A DNA stretch of 64,000 bases from Octopus vulgaris (taxonomy: Eukaryota). Under the pieces are notes generated by a model. It was given only the letters and a program-made list of their open reading frames with translations. It had not been told where the DNA came from and did no database searches. How positions within the stretch are numbered: the stretch's first letter is position 1; every line of letters starts with the position of its first letter. Made by a program: the position numbers and the translations under genes. Positions 39,320 to 54,087 of this stretch are shown piece by piece. Location of the stretch: the NCBI GenBank assembly GCA_951406725.2, contig OX597834.1:44206001-44270000 (forward strand), read 5' to 3'.

Positions 39320-40903
39320 AATGAAGAGGGAGATGACGTGGTATTAAATGGAGGCATATAAGATAATTTATTGTTGACCAAAAGCAAATAGGAATGATGA
39401 GCAATAGGAATATGGCGGAAGCTGGGACCTTTACTGTGAGGGAGAGAAAAAGAGACACTAATTTTCGAACACCCGACAAGGCAGAAATGGGAGGAGGGAG
39501 AAAAGATGTGGGGGCGGGCAATAGAGGTGAAGTGAGAGGTAAGAAATGAGTGGAAGATGGTGGGAGGGGAGAGAGAAGAGAGAGGGAGACATGGGAGGAA
39601 AGGAATGAGTGGAAAGGGGAGGGAGAGGGGAGGAGAGAGAGGAGAGAAGTGAGAGGGGAGGAATGAGTGGAAGGTGGAGGGAGGTGGGTGTGGGGTAAAA
39701 GTAAACCCTTTAATTGAGTAATTTGACATTTTCAAAGAAAGGATCACGGAGTGGGAATGTTAGAAATATTGGTCTTGGTGATAGGTGGCGTTAGTGGTGT
39801 TACTCATGACGTTGTGAAGGTGGCTGCAGTAGTGGTAGTGGTAGTAGTGTTGGTGGTGGTGGTCGTCGTCGTTGTGGTAGTGGTCGTCGTTGTGGTGGTG
39901 GTGGTGGTGGTAGTGGTAGTGGTGGTGGTGGTGGTGGTTGTGGGTGGCGTTTGTGGAGGTAACGGCGTGGTTGTGGTACTGCTGCTGCAGATAGTAGTTG
40001 TGGTGGTGTTGGTGGTAGTGGTGGTGGTAGTGGTAGCGATAGTGACAGTAGCGGTGGTATCGGCTCCCGTTGAACTCTGATCAAATAAGAACTAAGATTA
40101 ATGACAATCTAGCCGTGGCCATCATTTGCTATTTCTGATAACTTGGGCCAACACCATCGTTTATGTACCTTCCCTGTTTCCCTGACGATCGGGCGCGATT
40201 TGAAGCAGGTATGGCTACCCTTTTTAGTACCCACCGACCACATAGACTCTCCATATAAGCAGTAATAGCGACGGTGGTGGTGGCCATGAGGAAGGCTTTG
40301 GCGTGAGGCAGCGACGGTGTTACTTACGCTGTGAATGAGAACTAGAGATGGTGAAGGTAGTAGTGGTGATGGTTGTGGTGGTGGTGGTGATGATGGTTGT
40401 TGCGATGGTGGCGGTCGTAATCGTGATATAGTTGTGGTGGCCGTGGCGGTGGTAGGGGTCGCGGTGGTGGTGGTGGTTGTGTTGATGATAAGGGTAGTGG
40501 ATAGGTAGGGGTCATTATAATACGAAGCATTGACAGTTTTGTGCGGTGAGTGATGGTGGTGAGTGATGGGTGGTGGTGATGGTGGTGGTGGTGGTGGTGA
40601 TGCAGTTAGTGTGAGTCGAAAATATCACCATTTTTAGAAATATAACTGATCTTAATTGGATCCTTAATGAACGGGATTCAGGGCCTCAATCTTATTAAAT
40701 GATTGATGGTTAACAATGCGGAGACCATCTGCACCACAATTACCACCGGCTGCCGCCGCCGCCGCCGCCGCCGCAACCGACGTCGTTACCGCTGCCACGA
40801 CGACGGCGATAACAACGACGACGACGACGACCACCACCACCGCTAGCTTATGAAATATTTTAACAACAACAGAAAAAGCTACTACCATCACCACCATCAC
40901 CAT

Positions 40904-40951
<48 letters not shown>

Positions 40952-41224
40952 CACTACTACTTCGCACATGTGGAAGATATATATATATATCCATCTCTCC
41001 CTCATTCTCTCTCCCCTCTCTCTCTACATATATATATATATGTATATATGTATATATATATCTATCTATATATCTATCTATCTATCTATCTATATATATA
41101 TAACCTGCTGCTTCTCTACCATTTCGTTGGCGATCGTATCGCGCCAACATCTGTATTTGTCCCCTCTACCGAAAAGGTAATTATTTCTACGCCTGCTGCT
41201 ATGTTTGTTGTTTTGTCTCATTTG

Positions 41225-41545
41225 GTCTAAAGTCGTATGACAACCACCTTTATATTATATTTTGTTTAACCGTTACCGTTTTCAATTTCGTTTTCGTCTC
41301 TCGTATTTACATCCGTCTCGTGCGTTTACATTCTTGTCTTCTACCAAGAAATCTAATGCTTACAGCTTAGTTTTTTTTCTTGGGGCTGGCCGATTTGGAG
41401 CAAATATCAGAATTGAACAGCCGAAATTTGCTATGATGATTCGGTGTCTGACTGAAGATTGAAGGCTTCGAATGATTTGTCTGTGTTCCGTGTTTGTCCC
41501 TTCCTGTATTTCACGTTCTTTATATATAAAACATTTATTCTTATA
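41225..41545 (+). repeat. Longer copy of the repeat at 26398, with internal hairpins
   Basis: Homology to 26398-26530; hairpins ccaagaaa...tttcttgg and ggctg...cagcc; ends in (TA)n. 5' boundary uncertain. Confidence 0.55.
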
Positions 41546-43674
41546 TATATATATATATATATGGATACGAGCAAAAGCCCCCCCCCCTCCTCCGTCCAGT
41601 GGACGGTGCTGAGTTGTCAAAAATTTAAACCAAATTTTCTCAAAACAACTTCTCCGACCGTCCCATAGAGCTCCCCTTTGAGAAATACTGATTTAACCTA
41701 AATTTGAGACATCAGCAACAGAAGAAATAAAGACGGACTTTTTATTCTGTTCCAAAGAAAACTGATTTTATTCACACAAATATGCAACTGAAGATTGAAA
41801 GTCAATGTCGACCTCGGCAGAATTTGAACTCAGAACCTAGCGTCAGACGAAATACCGCGAAACATTTCGTCGAGCATGCTACCGATTCTGCCAACCCATA
41901 GCTTTAATAATAAGAATGATATCTTTCTTTTTTTCTCTCTTTCTTTCTTTCTTTCTTTCTTTCTTTCGTTCTTTGTTTCTTTCTTTCTCTCTCTCTTTCT
42001 TTTTTTCTTTCTTTCTCACTTTCTTTTTTTCTCTTTTAATAATAATAATAATGAATAGTGGCCTACATAGATCAATATTGGTTTTTATCCTTCTACAAGT
42101 GTTGAAAAAAAAGGTACCAGTAATCGTACAGGGGCCTATTAGGTGGATTACACTTTGTCTCAAATCTATAATGTTGGGTCAAAGTTAAAACTCAAAAACG
42201 TTTTATTTAATTCCAAGTCAATGCTGATCAGCCAGACTTGTGATCAAATGCTTTCTATCCATGACCACCACATCGTTGTTTTGACTCTTGGCTATCTGGG
42301 ACTCTGTATGACGTTTCACTCTGGGTTTATATCAACTGAGTGATCTTATGATGAAAAGCATTCTAAACGTGACCATCACATTTACTTTTTGGCAGGTGTG
42401 GAATGCAAAGCTGTACATCTGGGACTATATTATGAAATGGATTTATTTACTTTTAAGACGAAATATGATTTGAGGAAGAAGTAACTGCTATATCTAGCAT
42501 CTTCTTCGTGTTGATATCGGTATTTAGTGTGTCTGGTGGTGATGCGGATGTTGGTGGTATGATAGTGACGGTGGGGGTTGCAGTAGGGATGTTGTTGGTA
42601 GAGGGGTGTGGCGAATGGGATAAAGGTGATGGTGCTGGGAAGAAGGTGGGTGGATGGGCATCAGATACAAACAATCAGAACTTAGTGTGCAGTGATGGCT
42701 GCCGCCAATAACAATGATCTGCTAATTGGCGTCAAACATTCCGTTTAATAAAGAGACTAGAAATAGTTTCTGTCTTCCCCCCCCCCCCCTCAAGTCTTAC
42801 ATCATGTCAAGACTGCAACCAAAACCGCCTTCACCGGCCTCTTCCACCACCACCACCACCACCACCGCCGCCAAAACTACAACCGCAACTGCTTCCACCA
42901 TCGCCATCAACATCACCAGCACCATCACCACAAACCTAATCAGCAGCGGCACAACCACCACCACCAACGAAACCACCGCCACCACTACCACCACCAACGA
43001 AACCACCACCACCAAGACTAGCACCACAACCATCACCGCCACCACCAACACCAGCACCACCATCATCACCACCACCACCACCACCACCATCGACACCACT
43101 ACCGCTGCCACCAGTCACCATGAATACCAGCCCCACCAGAACCTCCACCACTGTCACCACCAGTACCACTACCACCAGCACCACCAGCAGAACCAACGCC
43201 GCCATCACCACCACTACCACCACTACCGCACCATCACAGCTACTACTACCACTACTACCACTACCACCACCACCACTACGACGAACATCCCGTCTATCAC
43301 TGCCCCTCCCCACCAACATGAAACAACTCCGCAACCACCACCACCACCACAACGATGACTACCGACCCTCCTCAGCCATCATCCCTCCCCACCATCGCAC
43401 CCCATCAACATCCACCCATCCCAACGTTCACCAATTTCGGTTTCCCTTCAGCTCAGCTGCTGTCATCAGTCATTAATTGGCAGGTTAGCGCATGCGTAAC
43501 AACAACTTTAGATCCGCTGGTTTGATCCATATCAACTCGAAGTGCAAGGCGCATATTTTTCTACTCGCGTATGTGTGATATACATACACACACAGAGGCA
43601 TACACACGCACACACATACAGTCACATACACACACCACACACAACACCAAACACACAGATGTATGTATCTATTA

Positions 43675-43738
<64 letters not shown>

Positions 43739-43945
43739 TACCAACCTCCCCTCTCCACACCACTGATGTTATCCAAGGAAAAGGCAAAGGGGTCGATACA
43801 GCTTGGCACCAGTGATGTCACAACTCATTTCTACAGCTGAGTGAACTCGTGCAACGTGAAATAACGCGTCTTGCTCAAGAACAACACACAGCCCGGTCCG
43901 GGAATCGAACACACAACCTCTCAATCGTAAGCTCTATCCTCTAAC

Positions 43946-43990
<45 letters not shown>

Positions 43991-43998
43991 TATATATA

Positions 43999-44200
43999 AA
44001 GTTAATCCAAACAAGAAAGCACAAAAAAAAACACAACAACGCGAGGACGTGGAACAAATATAGTATTATTGGACGCTCAGGAAAGAAGGAAAGAAGGAGG
44101 TCTTAACGTTTCGAGCGGAGCTCTTCGTCGGAAACACAGGAGAAGGAAAGATCCAGAGAAGGGAAGACAGAGGAAAAAATCGGTACACACGCGGTCAGCT
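43999..44200 (-). mobile_element. 'GAGC-GCTC' hammerhead family, divergent subfamily; HHR at 44100-44136
   Basis: Minus strand ttt CCGACGA A GAGC tcc GCTC GAAA CG TT aag; shares ttcctgagcg...aatac with the 34822 copy; 3' end abuts (TA)n. Confidence 0.62.
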
Positions 44201-45315
44201 TATTAAACTGAAATATATCTTTGAATAACAATTGTAATTTGCTTTGTAGAGCATGCTATAAATGTATAAATATATAGGACAATAGTCCGTAGTAGTGATA
44301 ACAAAAATATCACCAACTTAAAAGTGGGAACTGTTATGCATTTTAATTTGATATCGGAACAATAACGCGTGGGTCTCGGCAGCGAGTCGACGATGTGCTT
44401 TCTCAGTAGTAATCGCTTCAAGCTGAGACGCATTCACGTCGTCTTCAGGGGAGGTAATACAAAGCAATGTAATAGCTTTTAGTTTCAGTTTATAATTGGA
44501 CGCATTTGGTGGAAACTAGAATACAACAAACTCCGCAAAACTCTCTGAGTGTAAAAGATCTTCATGAGAATCTCGAACAATCCTTACTTGGTGCTAATTG
44601 ATTCCTCAAAACCCGGACATCAGTCTGTGAAGATATCGCTGACAGGATAAATATTTATTGTAATCCCTAGAGGTTCTTCCTCCTCTTATTCTTCGTTATC
44701 AATCCTTAATATCTACCGTTCTTCAGCGCTTTAGGTTAAGGTCATGCTGGAGCAAAGTCTTTGGGGGTAAATTTTGTACATATGTCCAGCTATCAAATAT
44801 TTATATTTTTTATATTTTATCTAGTTTCAGCTCACGAGCTGTGGCCATTTATGTTTGATTTTTTTTTCTGTACACGTATAAACATTTGCGTATGAATAAT
44901 CCGGGATGCTAGAAGAAAACGCATCCTTACCGAAGGCTAAGCTAATCTTTGAGATTAGCTCCCTTTCTTATATGGGGCTGTTCTCAGTTGCCATTTCGTA
45001 ATTACAACACATCCTCTAGAGGCGGAGACGATGGTAATACATCAAGACTATTATGTTGTATGGTATTTGATATACCTGTATTTGGCCTGGTTTTCAATGG
45101 CACTCTGAAAATGGAGGATTAAGCACCACATTCATTCATTCATTCATATATTTTTTATTTCATCTCATTAATGTAAACGTCCAGCCCGCAGCTATATCGG
45201 TGTAATGCCCTTGTGGCAAATTATGTGAATAAAAATAGCTTGCTTACCAACCACATGGTTCTGGGTTCAGTTCCACTGCGTAGCACCTTGGGTAAGTGTC
45301 TTCTACTAGAGCTTT

Positions 45316-45698
45316 TTGTCTCTTTAAAACTGGTACTTATTATATTGTTCCCTTTTGGTCGAACAGCTAAGTGACAGTGATGTAAATAAACTAACACCGG
45401 TTGTCAAGCGGTGGCTTCACAAACACAGACAAATATATATTTACACTCACGCGCGCACACAAGCACATACACACACCCCATTGCCGCGTGTCACACAAAT
45501 AAAAGCACCTCCCATCGCAGACCCACTAACACCCCTCCCCCCTCCACACACACACACGAATGATGGGCTACATTCAGTTTCCAAATCCACTCGCAAGGCT
45601 TTGGTCGTCCCAGGGTTTGTAGAAAGCATTTACACAAAGTACCACGCAGTGAGACTGAACCCAGAACCATGTGGTTGACCAGGAAGCCTCTTACCACA
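45316..45698 (-). mobile_element. SINE family C, old diverged copy
   Basis: aacaccggttgtcaagcg...aaatccactcgcaaggctttggtcg...actgaacccagaaccatgtggttg. Confidence 0.72.
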
Positions 45699-45803
45699 CA
45701 ATATATATACCTCTCTCTCTCTTTCTCTCTCTCACTCTCTCTATCTATCTACCTGTTTGTCTGCTTGTCTATCTACCTATCTGTTTGTCTGTCTATCTAT
45801 TTG

Positions 45804-45874
<71 letters not shown>

Positions 45875-45877
45875 CTC

Positions 45878-45926
<49 letters not shown>

Positions 45927-45927
45927 A

Positions 45928-45982
<55 letters not shown>

Positions 45983-46014
45983 CTTCATGTGTTTTACTTA
46001 CATGAATTGATTCT

Positions 46015-46061
<47 letters not shown>

Positions 46062-46569
46062 TGTGTTTGCGAGCGTGCGATGTGAGGTGCCGTTTATTTG
46101 TGTATGACACGTGTCAGTGTGATGTACCTCAATGCGCGGTGCGAGCGAGCAGCGTCATTTGAATTCGGTTAACGAGTCAACTCCACTAATTACCTCATAA
46201 CAACAATTACCAACAAACGACGACCGGCCGACAACACCAGCAACACTAACAGCAGCAGTATTATCATTATTATGGTTAATAGGGCAGTAGCAGCAGCAGC
46301 AGCAGCAACATCAGCAACAGTAGTAGTAATATCGTTATTATGATTTATACAGCAGCAACAACAAGAGCAGCAGCAGCAGCTGTTGTAGCGGCAGCAGTAG
46401 TCATAGCATTGTTGTAACTGTAATAGTAGTAGTAGTATGAGCAGCGGCAGCAGTTGTAGTTTAGTAGTAGTAGTAGTAGCAGCAGCAGCAGCAGCAAAAT
46501 AGTAGTACTAGTCACTGTAACAAAGAGACCGCTGCCATGAAAAATAACCAGTATTATAATTGTTTTTCA

Positions 46570-46937
46570 AATTTTGGCACAAGGCCAGCAATTTTAGGGT
46601 GGGACTGAAGACGGGGTGAGGTGGCGTGGGATGGTTAGTTGTTTACATCAAACCTCAGTATCTTATTTCTTTACTACCCACAAGGGGCTAAACACAGAGG
46701 GGACAAACAAGGACAGACAAAGGGATTAAGTCGATAGTATCGACCCAGTGCGTAACTGGTACTTATTTAATCGACCCCGAAAGGATGAAAGGTAAAATCG
46801 ACCTCGGCGGAATTTGAACTCAGAACGTGTAGACAGACGAAATACCTATTTCTTTACTACCCACAAGGGGCTAAACACAGAGGGGACAAACAGGGACAGA
46901 CAAGCGGATTAAGTTGATTATATCGACCACAGTGCGT
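46570..46937 (-). mobile_element. SINE family B tandem units (183-bp period) within an older copy
   Basis: tatttctttactacccacaaggggctaaacacagagg at 46664 and 46847. Confidence 0.85.
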
Positions 46938-47648
46938 TGAACTCACAACCTTACAATTGTGAGCGGAATGCCCTAACCACTAAGCCACGCACCTTCACAC
47001 ACACATGCTAGTATATATGTATGTGTGTATGTACGTGCATGCATGCGCACGTGTGTCTCTGTGCATGTGTGCGTGTGCGTGCGTGTGGGTGTGTTTGCGC
47101 GCGCACATAGCAGTAAATATAAATACATACGGAGCACACGCTCGGGTATTTATCTATAAGAAGGACCCAAGTGTTTTCCATGAGACTCCGTTAAGCTAGC
47201 AACCAAGTGGGTGACTTATTAACCACTACACAAATAGGCCTGGACGAGATTCGAGTCCAAAACGCCAACATCCGAAACATAGACTTGCAAGTTTTACCGC
47301 CAATCGAGACAACAACGATTGCGGCAATTATTTCTTCCGCCATTTTGTACTTTGGTTATCGAATCCAGGAAGATGTAAGACAAAGCTGATTTCTGCCTAA
47401 TTTGAATACAAAGAGACAGAATAAATTGTCCAAATGTATAGGTGTGTCTGACGCGCAAAGACGTCTGTTATTTCGTCCCATAAACACTAAAGTCGTTTCA
47501 TTCCAACTGCCGATTCTTCGCTAGCAGTTCTTATACGAGATTATTTGCGTTAGTAGTTTGATTGCTAGGAAATTTGTGTTGATGTTTAACCCCAAATCAA
47601 ACATAATTGAAAAGATCTTTGATCAAATGCATTCTGTTTGTGAATATA

Positions 47649-47952
47649 GGCGCATGGGTGGCTGTGTGGTAAGTAGGTTGCTTATCAACCACATGGTTCC
47701 GGGTTCAGTCCCACTGCGTGGCACTTTGGGCAAGTATCCTCTACTATAGCCTCGTTTGTCCCCCTAACATCGCTTGACAACCGATGCTTGTGTGTTTACG
47801 TCCCCGTAACTTAGCAGTTCGGCAAAAGATACCGATAGAATAAGTACTAGGCTTACAATGAATAAGACCCTGGGTCGATTTGCTCGACGAAAGGTGGTGC
47901 TCCAGCATGGCCGCAGTCAAATGACTGAAACAAGTAAAAGAGAGTAAAGAGT
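47649..47952 (+). mobile_element. SINE family C with an internal deletion removing the microsatellite
   Basis: ctactatagcctcg joined directly to tttgtccccc. Confidence 0.87.
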
Positions 47953-48377
47953 ATCACGTCTTTTTTTTTTTATCTCCTCGAAAAACCATCACTTTAAGAC
48001 AGTAAGGTATGATTGTTTGGGAATTCGAGTGTCTACGTAAAGATTCATTCATTGGTCGGCGGTGATTTTCTGGAAGGATGACTGAGAAGATGCAAGGAGA
48101 GGTTGATGTCGGCATAATTTGAACGTAGAATACAAAGAGACAGAACAAATCGTCCAAATATCTTTGTTTGTCTGACGCACAAAAGAGTCTCTCATTTCGT
48201 CCCATAAAGACTAACGTTGTTTCATCCCAGCTGCCGATTCTTCGTTAGTTACGAGATTATCAGTGTTAGAAGCTCGATTGTTTAGAAATCTGTTGTTGAT
48301 GTTTAACTCCAAATCAACCTTAATTGAAAAGATCTTTGATCAAATACATTCCCTGTGTGAATATCTCGTTTTTTTTT

Positions 48378-48575
48378 AGGCAGCGTGCTGGCAGAATCGT
48401 TCGCGAGGCGGGTGTAAATTTAGCCACAAATCGTCTGTGTTTATGTTCTGAGTTCAAATTCCGACGAGTCCGACCTTGTCTTTCATCCAATAAGAACCAG
48501 TTGAACATTAAGCTCGATGTAATCGACGAGTCTCTCCTCTTGAAATTGCTGGCCTTGTGTTAAAACTTAAAAAAC
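48378..48575 (+). mobile_element. SINE family B, diverged
   Basis: Head ggcagcgtgctggcagaatcgtt, ttctgagttcaaattcc, tail aaattgctggccttgtg. Confidence 0.75.
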
Positions 48576-48896
48576 AATATCTCATCTTTTTTTTTATTTC
48601 GTTACCTCCTAAATCCATAATTTTCAGATAGTTAGATATGATTTGATGCACATTTAACTGTTCTGTCTAGCAGATCGAGTGTCTACGTAGAGGTTCATTT
48701 ATTGGTTCGACGTTGATTGTCTGAGAGAGCTCCACAGCGGTAACCTACTCCGTCTGTATCTCTCAAGACATCGCTCTTGATTGCCTTTAATGATACCTTA
48801 CTAATTGGTTCCCCCCGTCACCAGCCTCTCCTCTTTCCCGCCTCTCGTCTCGCTGATTTCACCTCGTTCACATTCGCATACTACACATGCGCACAT

Positions 48897-48930
<34 letters not shown>

Positions 48931-49644
48931 GCATTTCATGGTCATAGACGCATATGCGCATACATGTCACACACACACACATGCATTTCATACACACCCA
49001 CGCATACACAGTATCGTCTACATATTCACAAAATCAGATATGGACACAAACACACACACACGTACGAACGCATAATCAGACGCATACACACAAATACACG
49101 CACACACACACATAAACACATACGCACATTCATGTACAAGCTTTACTCGCAATTAGACAAACGCACACATACGCACACATTTCTCGCACACACTCACATA
49201 CCCTCATGGATTCACAAAACACACACATACACAGAGTCACACAGCCACACAGACACATACACATCTCCAAACACACAAATACACACGGTGATATGTCATA
49301 ATTCGAAACACGTACATTTTACACAAACCACACTCACACATCCACAGCTCATTACGTACACACAAGCCTTTCACAGAACTGCGCATACATTTCACAGACA
49401 CTAACATATTAAGATTCACAAAGCCACATTTCACGGACACACGGACACACGTATATATATATAAATTTTGCACAAACGTACTTACATTTGCATATATCGG
49501 AAAATCCGAACAGATTCAATCAGACAACTGCATTTATTCAAGCAATCACTCCATTGAGTAAAAGTACATGCTTACTCAAAGAAGCATATACTACGTTTAA
49601 GTACGCACGCATTCATACTCACACAGGTAAACACACAACACACG

Positions 49645-49729
<85 letters not shown>

Positions 49730-51056
49730 GTACAAACGCGCATTTCTGCAAAAAAGATGTCGAACATTACGTTGCATACCCTCGCAAAGAGTAACCAGTA
49801 GACATGGAAACGCTTATGTAGTTAAATGGATCTCCGTTGGTATCGACGATGACTCCTTCACTTCAATCACCTGAAGAATCTTATTCATATGAAAATAGTA
49901 TGCAAAGTGGGTGAGTATTCCGTAGGTACATGCATTCATAACATAACCCAGAGACATCGTGATACAAAGTGTGTGACAAAGTGGGCGCGGTAAAGGGATG
50001 TAAATCCATCCGGCGGGTTTCCGTACAGTTTCCGTCTAACCTAATTTCTCTCACAAGCCTTGGATCAATTTGTGTCTGTGTGTAACAGATACTTGACTTC
50101 CTCCTACTTCTTATCCTCCTCTCTTTAGTCTCCTCCTTATCCTTTTACTCCTTATTCTCCTCCTTATCGTCCTCGTTATCCTCCTCTTTATTCTCCTCCT
50201 TCTTCTTTACCTTCTCCTTCTTTTCCTCCTCCTCCTGCTTATCCTCCTACTCCTTATCCTCCTTCTTTTCCCGCCTTCTCCTCCTTCTCTTCCTCCTTCT
50301 CCTCCTCTTTATTCCCCGCCTTATTCTCCTCCTTATAGTTATCCTCCTCCTCCTCCATCTTCTTATCCTCCTCCTCCTTATCTTCCTCCTTATCCTCCTC
50401 TTTATTCCCCTCCTTATTCTCCTCCTTATACTTATCCTCCTCCTTCTTCTTCTCATCCTCCTCCTCCTTCTTATCCTCTTCCTCCTCCTCCTCCTTTTTA
50501 TCCTTATCCTCCTTGTAAAGGTAATTTTGAGAAGAAGCGGGAAATACTGTTTCCCAGGAACTTTATCGAAAGGTCGCTGGTTTGTCCGAGTGAATGAGAT
50601 TGATCAGAGCATGCGCTTCAATGCTGATGGGGGAAGGTGGGGAGAAGACACTTGCCCTGAGGGTCAGGGTCGCTGTGGGATTTTTTGTGGGGTTTCAGAG
50701 ATGTCTCTCTTTCCGGCAATTATGGCGTTTATTTGTTTCCGTTATTTTCTAAGACCGTCAACGCTGAACCAATGAATGAGCCATTACGTGATCACTCGAT
50801 CTGCTAGAAAGAGCAGTTAAATCACATCTTACTGTCTTCAAAAAAGTGGGATTTTGGTGGTGAAAAAAAATACAACAGACGAGGAATAAAATACGATTAC
50901 CAAAAAAATCTCTAAATAACCTTAAATTATATCGTAATAATAAAGAAACCATTCTTCTTCTTCTTTTCTCCTCCTCCTCCTTCTTCTTCTTCTTTTTTAT
51001 TCTTTTTTCTTCTTCTTCTTCTTTTTCTTCTTCTTCTTCTTCTTCTTCTTCTTCTT

Positions 51057-51134
<78 letters not shown>

Positions 51135-51669
51135 TTATTATTATTATCGTTTGGGTTGTTCGTACGTTGTATTGGTTCCCGAAAGTTTATTAAATCTCGT
51201 TGGAAATCTTGTTTGTTCTTGTAAACTATTGTCGTAGCTTTCAAATGGAAACTCTACATTACTGAGTGAAGAGGAAGTCTGTTAAAGTGTGCCCCACAGG
51301 GCACTATTTTTGCGATATATTTGTTTTCGTCTGTTTTTTTTTTTTTTATCATCGTCTGTTTGAAGTTATGGTGACAACAGCGATCAGGATCAGATTCAAA
51401 GAGAAGGCAGCCGAAAAAAATTTGGCATATCAATACAAGCTTATACGAGAACAACAAGAACAAGAACAACGACGACGACAACGGCAAAAACAAAACCGAC
51501 AAAATCAACAACAGCAGCAGCGGCGGCAACAGCAGCAGCAGCCATCACAAGATCAAGAATAACGTCGAAGACAAAGTAGATGACGAGTCTAACTTCAAGG
51601 TCGGCCGTCTTTTGGTTGGATGGCAACGACATTGAACACAATGCTTCTAACTCTTTCTAAACGAGAAGT

Positions 51670-51870
51670 AAGCACAGCCGAGATATCGTGTGAAGACGAA
51701 TGAGAGGAGAGCCCCAAAAGCACTCCCAGCTGAGGCTTAGGCAGCCACTGTCCAGAAGACAGTTTTGTATTGCTGTATATCGACTAAGATCCAACGCATA
51801 GAAGCAACGCCACACACCCGTGTGGAAAGAGCCCACAAACAAATCTGGGCGGAAATTGAACATGTGACCA
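51670..51870 (+). pseudogene. Possible decayed RTE-clade LINE 3' fragment
   Basis: Remnants VKTNERRAPKAL, LLYID and W..P.N.S.R loosely follow the RTE C-terminal order; heavily mutated. Confidence 0.3.
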
Positions 51871-53281
51871 AGACAAGGCAAATCAGGATTTTTGAGATCC
51901 TTTATCAGAGCTAAGCCCTCGTACTGAAACAAACTACAGCTACCATCATATTTAAGGTAAAGAAACCTGTTGAGTTAAGGTACTGAAAGAATTCCATTTT
52001 GGTTGACATTTTGTGGCTGTTAGCATGTGTTACTTTAGAGGGGAGTGACACACACTTGGAGCTGAAACGAACGTAGTAGGAAATTTCGTCTAGAACCACA
52101 GTGGAAATCCTCTTCCAGATCAAACCAAACCAAGGTGGAAAAGATCCCAGATCTTATCAATCTGATTAATGAAGTAGAGCTGGATGGAAAAAATAAACTG
52201 GCAAATTATCCAACTAAGAGCAGATATATATTTTTTCTGCTTGAAGCAAGCAAAGGGAAAATTAATAAACCCAACAAACTAATAAGAATAATTACTAAAC
52301 ATGACATTATATGAAAACAAAGGTTTCACAGATTGAAATCCTCAAACAAAAACTACAATTAGAAACCAAACGAGTGGCAAGATAAAAAAAAAACGCACAA
52401 CATTCCATAGACAAAACATACTATTCAAGGAGAACACAAAAACGATCTGCAAATTGAAATCACAGGGCAAAGAAACTCACTGCTATTTCTTGCCGATCGA
52501 GCGACTGCATAGAGATTCCTTCATTGGAGGGAGCATATGGGGAACAGGCAAAATGACGAGTACGGTGTTGAATAAACGTTTTTAAACTTGGCATGCTTGA
52601 TGGGGTAGATGGGTCAATGACTAGATGAAGGAAACGGTATCTTCATCTTTTAATTGATTCAGTCAGTAGACTATGGTCGTTCTTAGGTACAGCAAAAAAA
52701 AAAAAAAAAATGCGACTACGGAGGATCGAACACTGCACATCAGAGATATCGGCTGAGCGTTTTGTACCATTAGCCCAAGCGGTACTGACGAATTTCGAAA
52801 TAAGTCTTTTAATGTATATCATTTTTTCCCTCAGAAAGAGAAAGAGAGAGAGAGAGAAAGATAGGGAGAGGGAGGGGAGAGATATAAGGAGAGGCACAGA
52901 GAGAGAGAGAGTGACAGTGACAGTGAAAGAGAGAGATAGGGAGAGAGGAGTAAGAGAATGAGTGAGTATATAACGGTAGGTTGTGATGTGTGTGTGTGTG
53001 TGTGTGTTAATGCGTATAGGGGGAAAATTTGGAGATAAAGAGGAAAGGAAAAAAAGAATTGCCGAAGAAGAGAAAGAACGGAAGAAGCAGACCAAATAAC
53101 GAAATATATCAGGAAAAGTCTGGAGTGATTTTAATGATGAAGAAACGTAGAAACAGAGTAAAGAACAGGAAGGGAAAATGAGGGAAGAGAGAGAGAGAGA
53201 GAGAGAGAGAGGCAGAGAGAATGAGTGAGAAATGGAGAGAGAGAATGATTCGTGTGTGTGCGTGCTCGCTTATACATACAT

Positions 53282-53312
<31 letters not shown>

Positions 53313-53441
53313 TGTATACATACATACATACATACATACATACATACACACACACATGTATACATACATACATACATACATACATACATACATACACACA
53401 CACATGTATATATATACATACGTATATACATACATACATAT

Positions 53442-53491
<50 letters not shown>

Positions 53492-54016
53492 GTATGTGTG
53501 TGTATGTATGTATGTATGTATGTATGTATGTATGTATGTATGTATGTATGTATGTATGTATGTGTGTATGTATGTATGTATGTATGTGGCTACACTAACA
53601 GTGGGACGAATTTTAATGATGGTATCTTGTATGCTAATTAGCTCTTATGTAAGAATTTCCTGTTGAAATAACTGTCAGAGAATCGGAGTAGATTCTTCTC
53701 TGTAAAGATTGTGTAATACAGGCGAAATAATTGCGTTCCTCTGCACGCACAGAGAGATGGAAGGCAAACGAACACACCCACAGCCACATGCAGAGACACA
53801 CACTGAGATATATGTATGTATATATGTATATATATGTAGGTACATATTTATGTATATATAGTAGTGTGCGTGCGTGTGTGTAAATATATTTCATATATGT
53901 AATTTTAATGTATACATGTATATATGTTTAAATATGTGTGTGTGTGTGTGTATGTATGCATGTATATCGGCAGATAGATAGGTAGGTAGATAAATAAATA
54001 TTTATTGATTTCATTA

Positions 54017-54087
<71 letters not shown>

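Noticed and set aside
44395-44455. Minus-strand cccCTGAAGA cgacg..cgtc
   Set aside because: The hairpin is not followed by GAAA in register; cannot fold as a hammerhead.
50247-50456. Arg-rich protamine-like ORF
   Set aside because: Reverse reading of a (CCT/CTT)n low-complexity tract.
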